A DNA stretch of 64,000 nucleotides from Phyllosticta citribraziliensis (lineage: Eukaryota): NCBI RefSeq assembly GCF_038025025.1, contig NW_027117347.1:1736001-1800000 (forward strand), written 5' to 3'. This document shows, in pieces, positions 58,716-64,000 of the stretch (within the stretch, counting starts at the first letter, position 1; the number at the start of each line of letters is the position of its first letter). The notes beneath the pieces are model-generated. The model was not told where the DNA came from. It ran no database searches and saw only the letters and a list, made by a program, of their open reading frames with translations. The translations under genes and the position numbers were made by a program.

Positions 58716-61313
58716 ATGGCCCACCACCCTCTCCCCGCCCTCGACGCCCACGACCACGATCACGACCTCAACCACTACCACCACCATGACATCTACCAGG
58801 CCACCTCCGTCGCCGAAATCCACGCCACCCTGCAGCACCTCAACCGCCAAGACGCCGCCGTCACCGCCCGTCTAAACGACCTCATTGCCTCGCAAGAAGA
58901 CCTGTCCCGCGAATTGGGTCGCCTCGACCTGCTGCGCGCCCACCTCGGCTCGCAGGTCGTCAACACGCGCTCCATCAGCAATGGCATGCTGTCCGACGCC
59001 GCCTCGACCGCGAACCGCATATCCAGCGCCGTGAAAAAGCTGGACAATGAGCAGGCCAACGTCCGGGCCACCCTCGAGGTCGTCGAGCAGGTTGCCGAGC
59101 TCAAGGCCTGCGTGCTGGGCGTCCACGGCTCCATGGGCGCTCCGCAGGACTGGGAGACGGCTGCGAGCTATCTCAACCGCGCCTCCAAGATCCCCCCCAA
59201 CGTCGTCAATGGCAGCTTCGCCGAGGAGATTGTGCCCACGGCCGAGGTTCCGGACCCGCCGCGCGTCACGCTGGACAATGCGGCAGAGTCGCTGTGTGGG
59301 CTCTTTCTGCGCGAGTTCGAAAAGGCTGCTAGGGATGGCGACGGCACCGGCGTGACTCGCTTCTTCAAGCTGTTTCCCTTGATTGGCAGGTCAGACGTCG
59401 GGTTGGATGCTTACGGACGATACGTGTGCCATGGTGTGTCTTCAAGAGCTCGGGCAAATCTCAACACTGCATCTGGCTCCCGAGACGGCTTTTTCTACGC
59501 CAATGCCTTGACTAAGCTTTTTGAGCACATTGCTCAAATCGTCGACGGCCACGAGCCCCTGGTCGAGCGGCATTACGGCGTCGGAATGATGGGCAAGGTG
59601 ATTGAGCGACTGCAGATGGAAGCAGATGTGCAAGGCGGCATCATCCTGGACACGTGGCGGGACGAGCGCAACATTGATAGAAAGTTGACCGACATCAAGT
59701 CGTACGCCTTTTCGTTCCTGGTGCAGAGCTTCTTGCCGGCACCTGTTGGGGGCACGCCGCGGTCAGCATCGCCGGCGCAGCGCGAGAGAATGTCGACCGA
59801 AGACGAGGGCGTGGACATGAAGGAGGTGGACGGGCTCCTGAGCGAGACGGCCGTCATGTTGGGCCGCTGGTCTCTGTACACTAGATTCCTCGCGACAAAG
59901 ACCGCCGTAAGTCTTTGTGACTGCACATTTGCAAGTGTCCGACTAAGCCCGCCGCAGCCCCCTGAATCAGAAGACCCCCTGACCATGCCCGAGTTTCTGG
60001 CGTCGAGCAACTTGGCGAAAAAGGTTCATGGAACCCTTCTCGAGCCATTCAACGTCATGACGACCTTTTTCTTCCGCCGCTCAGTCGAAAAGGCGTTTCA
60101 GCTCGACGAGTTCCCCAGCGACCTGACACTCAACCCAAACAAGCCCATAGGATCCAGTCCGCCGTTTGTCACGTCAGCCGTCGACGACGTCATGTACATT
60201 GTCAACCAAGTGCTGCAACGAGCCCTGTCTACATCTCAAAAGGGAGTGGTTTCTAGTGTGGTGCCAACCATTGGAAGAGTGCTAGGGTCCGACTTTGTCG
60301 GCATGATACAGCGCAAGCTGCGCGACGATGTGTACCCCAAGGCGGCCATTCAGGGGGGCATGCCGCCCGAGGACAAGATCATTGCGTTCCTCGTGCTGCT
60401 CAACAACCTGGACGTGGCCAGCGATTACATCAAGCGCATCGTATCGTCGCACATTACGACAACAACATCTTCAGCCGCCGGCTCGCCCTCGTCGCACGCG
60501 CCCCACACACCTCTCCACGATCTTTTTCCCTTTTCCCAAGACGCCGCGCACCTCTCGACCCAGCTGGGCACCACGGCCGCCTCCATCACGTCCAAAATAC
60601 ATGAGCTGCTCAGCGACGGCATCAGCGTCGCCTTCCACCAAATCACCAAGCCGCGCCTGCGCCCGCTGCTTGCCGACGCCTTTCGCGACATCGACTACGG
60701 CCTGCACGCCGCCGACATGGCCGCACTGTCGCAACGCGCCGACGACGCCGCCGCCGCCGACCCGACCACGCTGCCGGCGTCCTCCTCATCAACCGCCGCA
60801 TCATCCTTCGCCCACTCTTTCGCCGCGTCCTCGTCCACCCCGCCGCCCGCCGAGCCCGACCTCGCCAACCTCGCCGACGACGCCGTCCGCGCCCGCTTCT
60901 CGCGCAGCTGGTCCGCCCTGATGCGGCCCCTCCGCCGCATCCTCACCCCGCACAACTTCGACCTGCTCCTCTCCTCGTCGCTCGCGTACCTCTCCCGCGC
61001 CCTCGAGAAGCGCATCTGGGGCCTCTACGGCCGCGTCAGCGCGCTGGGCGCCGCGCGCCTGGAGCGCGACGTCGAAGCCGTCGTCGCGGCCGCGGTCGGG
61101 GTCGCGAACTACGCCGGCGCCGGGTACGGGCTGCGCGACGCTTTTGCGCGGTGTAAGCAGCTGGTGCTCGTCGTCGGGATGGAGGAGGAGGAGTGGGGCG
61201 AGTGCGAGGAGGAGGCTGAGAAAGGCGTGGCCGAGGCCGGCGGTGTGCCGTGGGTGTTGGAGAGGGGCGAGAGGCAGCGTGCGAGGGCTATTGTGCGCGA
61301 GAGGGATAGGTAG
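58716..61313 (+). CDS. COG4: Conserved oligomeric Golgi complex subunit 4
   Basis: ELGRLDLLRA, ELKACVLGV, QDWETAA, TRFFKLFPLIG, VEKAFQLDE, SAVDDVMYI, LGAARLERDV. In-frame 51-nt intron 59907-59957. Confidence 0.9.
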   Translation: MAHHPLPALDAHDHDHDLNHYHHHDIYQATSVAEIHATLQHLNRQDAAVTARLNDLIASQEDLSRELGRLDLLRAHLGSQVVNTRSISNGMLSDAASTANRISSAVKKLDNEQANVRATLEVVEQVAELKACVLGVHGSMGAPQDWETAASYLNRASKIPPNVVNGSFAEEIVPTAEVPDPPRVTLDNAAESLCGLFLREFEKAARDGDGTGVTRFFKLFPLIGRSDVGLDAYGRYVCHGVSSRARANLNTASGSRDGFFYANALTKLFEHIAQIVDGHEPLVERHYGVGMMGKVIERLQMEADVQGGIILDTWRDERNIDRKLTDIKSYAFSFLVQSFLPAPVGGTPRSASPAQRERMSTEDEGVDMKEVDGLLSETAVMLGRWSLYTRFLATKTAVSLCDCTFASVRLSPPQPPESEDPLTMPEFLASSNLAKKVHGTLLEPFNVMTTFFFRRSVEKAFQLDEFPSDLTLNPNKPIGSSPPFVTSAVDDVMYIVNQVLQRALSTSQKGVVSSVVPTIGRVLGSDFVGMIQRKLRDDVYPKAAIQGGMPPEDKIIAFLVLLNNLDVASDYIKRIVSSHITTTTSSAAGSPSSHAPHTPLHDLFPFSQDAAHLSTQLGTTAASITSKIHELLSDGISVAFHQITKPRLRPLLADAFRDIDYGLHAADMAALSQRADDAAAADPTTLPASSSSTAASSFAHSFAASSSTPPPAEPDLANLADDAVRARFSRSWSALMRPLRRILTPHNFDLLLSSSLAYLSRALEKRIWGLYGRVSALGAARLERDVEAVVAAAVGVANYAGAGYGLRDAFARCKQLVLVVGMEEEEWGECEEEAEKGVAEAGGVPWVLERGERQRARAIVRERDR

Positions 61314-61525
61314 GTGGGAGGTAGGTGAGGAGGTGTGTTATTAGGGGCGTTGTTAGATGTATCCAAGCCATCCGTGTTACTATGTGGCGTTACCTTTTTG
61401 CTGCCCCCGTTTTTTTGCTGTCCGTCCACTCCAGGCCAATTCAAATCAAACCGCCCTCATAAAGGTATCAACACATCGATCCCAACCCCAAAGCCTAACC
61501 CAAATTACACGAGCCAGCCAGCCCA

Positions 61526-63691
61526 TCAAAACGTCTCCGACTCCGTCGACGCTCTCGGCCCCTCCATCTCACCCTCACCCACACCCTCCCTCCCCTTTGC
61601 CTCTTTTTGCGCCACTTCCTTTTCTTTCCCCTTCCCTTCATCATCCGTATCCTTCCCATTCTTCACCTCCCTTTCTTTATCCTTCCCATCCTTCCCCTCT
61701 TGCTTTTCCTTTCCCCTTTCCTTTCCCTCTTCCTCTCCGACCTCCCCCACACCCCCCAACTCCGTCAAGTCATCCGCCCGCGACGGCGGCGGCGTCGTCG
61801 GCGTCGTGAGCGCCGGCAGCGGGGGCAGCGGCTTCGCCGTGTCGGCGTCGGCCAGGGATGTGCGTGCGGGTGTTTCTGCTGCCGTGGAGGGGTTGACGAC
61901 GGCGGCTGGGTCAGTCGTGGGATTTTGGTGGGCGGCTTTGTTTTGTGGTTGCGAAGGTTGCGATGGCTGTGATGGCTGTGGCGATTCGACCTTTGCGTCG
62001 GCAGGGTCTGGAAGTTTTGATGCGAGTGGTGGTAACGCACTGACGCCCTCCTCCTCTTTGCCATCAGCCTTGCGCTCCCGCACTCTCTCGCCGTCCTCAC
62101 CATCCTCCTCACCATCCTCACCATCCTCCTCCCTCAACTGCCCCAGCGCCGGCTTACTCCCCCGCGCCCCCGCCGACGGCGACGGCCGGTCCAGCGGACT
62201 CGGAGCGACCGAGCGTGCCGCCAGCACCAAATCCGCGCTGGTTGACGACGACGAATCCGCGTCGACGAGCAGCGCCGCGTCGTCGTCATCGAGAAGCGCG
62301 TCGTCTTCGTCGAGGACGTCAAAGTCGCCGGACGCTTCGTCGTCGGCGTCGGCTTCGACGTCGGTGGTGGAGGCGGCGGAGAGGAGTGTCGGGGAGGGGT
62401 TGGGGTTGGAGAGGGGGATGGAGAGAGCGGGGAGCGGGGGGGAGAGGGTGGTGAGGGCGCCGGCGCCGGGCGCTGCTGTTGTTAGTGGTGGTAAGGCGGA
62501 GTCGTTGGTGTTGTCGTCGATGTCTGCAGCGCGAGCGGCGGCCGTTTTGTCAACGTTGCCGCAGAGCAGACGCATCACGCCGCGCACGCAGCGGCGATCT
62601 GCCGCGTTGGTGAGCAGCGCGTCCGCACCGTCGCCATCAACTCCATTCCCATTCTTATCCAGCTCCTCCGGCCGCTCGTCGCCCCACCCCACGCACCCGA
62701 CGCTGATGCCCGGCCCCACGGCGTCCGTCTCGCACAGCTCGGTCAGCCCGTCGACGAGCGCGCGCAAACCGGCCGCGGCGGCGCGCTCGGCCAGCTGTTG
62801 CGGCGGCAGCTTGTTCTTGCTGCTGCGTGCGCCGCGAGCAGGGCCGTCGGACGCGTCGTACACGGATGGAGAGTAGGTGTCGTCGGCTGGAGTGCCGGTG
62901 TCGACGTCTTCGTCGTCGAGATATGCGTCCGGCGCCAGCACAACCAGGTGCTTTCGCTCGTTGGGCGGCAGCGTCGCCATCAGCGTCAGCGTGTGCATGG
63001 AATCGTCCAGTGCTCCGGCAGGCGACGGCGGCGATGGCGGCGGCAGCGTCGTTGGCAATGCTGTTAGGTCGTCTTCTTCGGCCCCTGTCCCTGACGGAGC
63101 GACGGGCGACGGCAATGTCGGCAGCCTCAGCGCTCCCATTGGACCCGTCGGCACTGTGGGGCTGGTGCTCATCTCGCCATTTTCACGGCACCGCACCGGG
63201 TGTGCGTGTAGTGCAGTGCTGGGGTCGAGTGGCAGAGCCGGGGGAGGCGGAGGCGGAGGGACATGAGAGGGTGGCGCGCTGGTGCTGGTCCCGGCCGTTT
63301 TGAACGATGTTGGTGAGGCGTTTGCGACGTGGCTTCGTGTCGACGAAGTGGCGGATTTTGGTGAGGTGCTGGACCCGTTCCGGTGCAGCGATTGCAGCTG
63401 TTGATGGCCATGGCCATTGACTCTCTGCTGCTGCAGTGGAATCAGGGGCGGGGATTGCCGGAAGTGGTGTAGAGCGTGGTGGACAGCGTGATAGGTGGCC
63501 GTGAAAGCGCGGTCGAGCGGAGAGGTGGGAGGAGCGGGTATGGGATTCGGAAAGACGGAGTCGGAGGTAGTCGTGCGGAGCCAGGAGAGAAGCGAGAGAT
63601 GAGGGCTCTGCGGCGTGGTGGGAGGCGGAACGGCTGAGCAGACGACGACAGAGACAGTTGCCGTTGGGCTGAAGACGGCGGCGTAGTGCAT
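61526..63691 (-). CDS. Hypothetical Pro/acidic low-complexity protein
   Basis: Long open frame (to 63985) with a plausible ATG at 63691 (GCCATG), convergent with COG4. No family recognised. Confidence 0.55.
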   Translation of the reverse strand: MHYAAVFSPTATVSVVVCSAVPPPTTPQSPHLSLLSWLRTTTSDSVFPNPIPAPPTSPLDRAFTATYHAVHHALHHFRQSPPLIPLQQQRVNGHGHQQLQSLHRNGSSTSPKSATSSTRSHVANASPTSFKTAGTSTSAPPSHVPPPPPPPALPLDPSTALHAHPVRCRENGEMSTSPTVPTGPMGALRLPTLPSPVAPSGTGAEEDDLTALPTTLPPPSPPSPAGALDDSMHTLTLMATLPPNERKHLVVLAPDAYLDDEDVDTGTPADDTYSPSVYDASDGPARGARSSKNKLPPQQLAERAAAAGLRALVDGLTELCETDAVGPGISVGCVGWGDERPEELDKNGNGVDGDGADALLTNAADRRCVRGVMRLLCGNVDKTAAARAADIDDNTNDSALPPLTTAAPGAGALTTLSPPLPALSIPLSNPNPSPTLLSAASTTDVEADADDEASGDFDVLDEDDALLDDDDAALLVDADSSSSTSADLVLAARSVAPSPLDRPSPSAGARGSKPALGQLREEDGEDGEEDGEDGERVRERKADGKEEEGVSALPPLASKLPDPADAKVESPQPSQPSQPSQPQNKAAHQNPTTDPAAVVNPSTAAETPARTSLADADTAKPLPPLPALTTPTTPPPSRADDLTELGGVGEVGEEEGKERGKEKQEGKDGKDKEREVKNGKDTDDEGKGKEKEVAQKEAKGREGVGEGEMEGPRASTESETF

Positions 63692-64000
63692 GGCTTCGGC
63701 CTGTGAGCGGAAGACGGGGAGGTTGGTGTAGATGTATTGGACACTGCTTGCTCTTAGTTCCACCTCTTGGTCTTCCTCTTGCCGCACTTGAGAGGGAACA
63801 GGACACGGATCATCCAGGAAGAAAAGATTCAAGACAACGAAAAGGACGGACTGGGAAATATCGAAAAGATTCTTGCGACATGATAGGAAATTGATGTGGT
63901 CAGGCTCCATCAAGAAAAGAAAACAAAATCGACTGTGTAACAGCCCAATTGGCCCAAAGAAAGCTTTTGCAGACGTCCCAGACAATCCAAGAAAAGCTCA

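Noticed and set aside
61335..62876. 513-aa Ser-rich plus-strand ORF
   Set aside because: Antisense to the 61526-63691 ORF; its Ser/Phe runs mirror Glu/Lys/Asp codons on the other strand.
1..64000. CRISPR arrays, rRNA/tRNA genes, telomeric repeats, LTR or TIR elements
   Set aside because: None recognised; only short microsatellites. Small ncRNAs cannot be excluded by eye.

Overview
Eukaryotic DNA from a filamentous ascomycete (Pezizomycotina-like): gene-dense, with short GT..AG introns carrying CTRAY branch points. About 26 protein-coding genes are supported; no rRNA, tRNA, CRISPR or transposon was recognised. The window has three zones. (1) 1-20 kb is accessory-looking: three tandem, diverged F-box/LRR-like paralogs sharing an FDWD-x2-G-x2-DDG...CC C-terminal signature (the middle copy has an in-frame TAA where both siblings have Gln), a Baeyer-Villiger monooxygenase, two orphans, an Hst2/SIRT2 sirtuin and two tandem membrane-anchored pepsin-fold proteins lacking both catalytic Asp motifs. 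(2) 20.4-36.0 kb is the main discovery candidate: a compact seven-gene nitrogen-catabolic cluster (aldo-keto reductase, unknown helical protein, amidase, fused ATP-dependent hydantoinase/lactamase A+B, class III aminotransferase, amino-acid permease, Zn2Cys6 regulator) with GATAAG and CCAAT elements in its divergent promoters. I infer a lactam/cyclic-amide to omega-amino-acid utilisation system; the substrate cannot be read from sequence. (3) 36.9-64 kb is mostly housekeeping: PXA/PX protein, RING-ankyrin protein, hotdog thioesterase, PEX7, AlkB-GRF, pseudouridine glycosidase/kinase, OST1, NIPA transporter, COG4, plus two low-complexity orphans. Intron boundaries were placed by eye and family calls come from motif recognition, not database searches.
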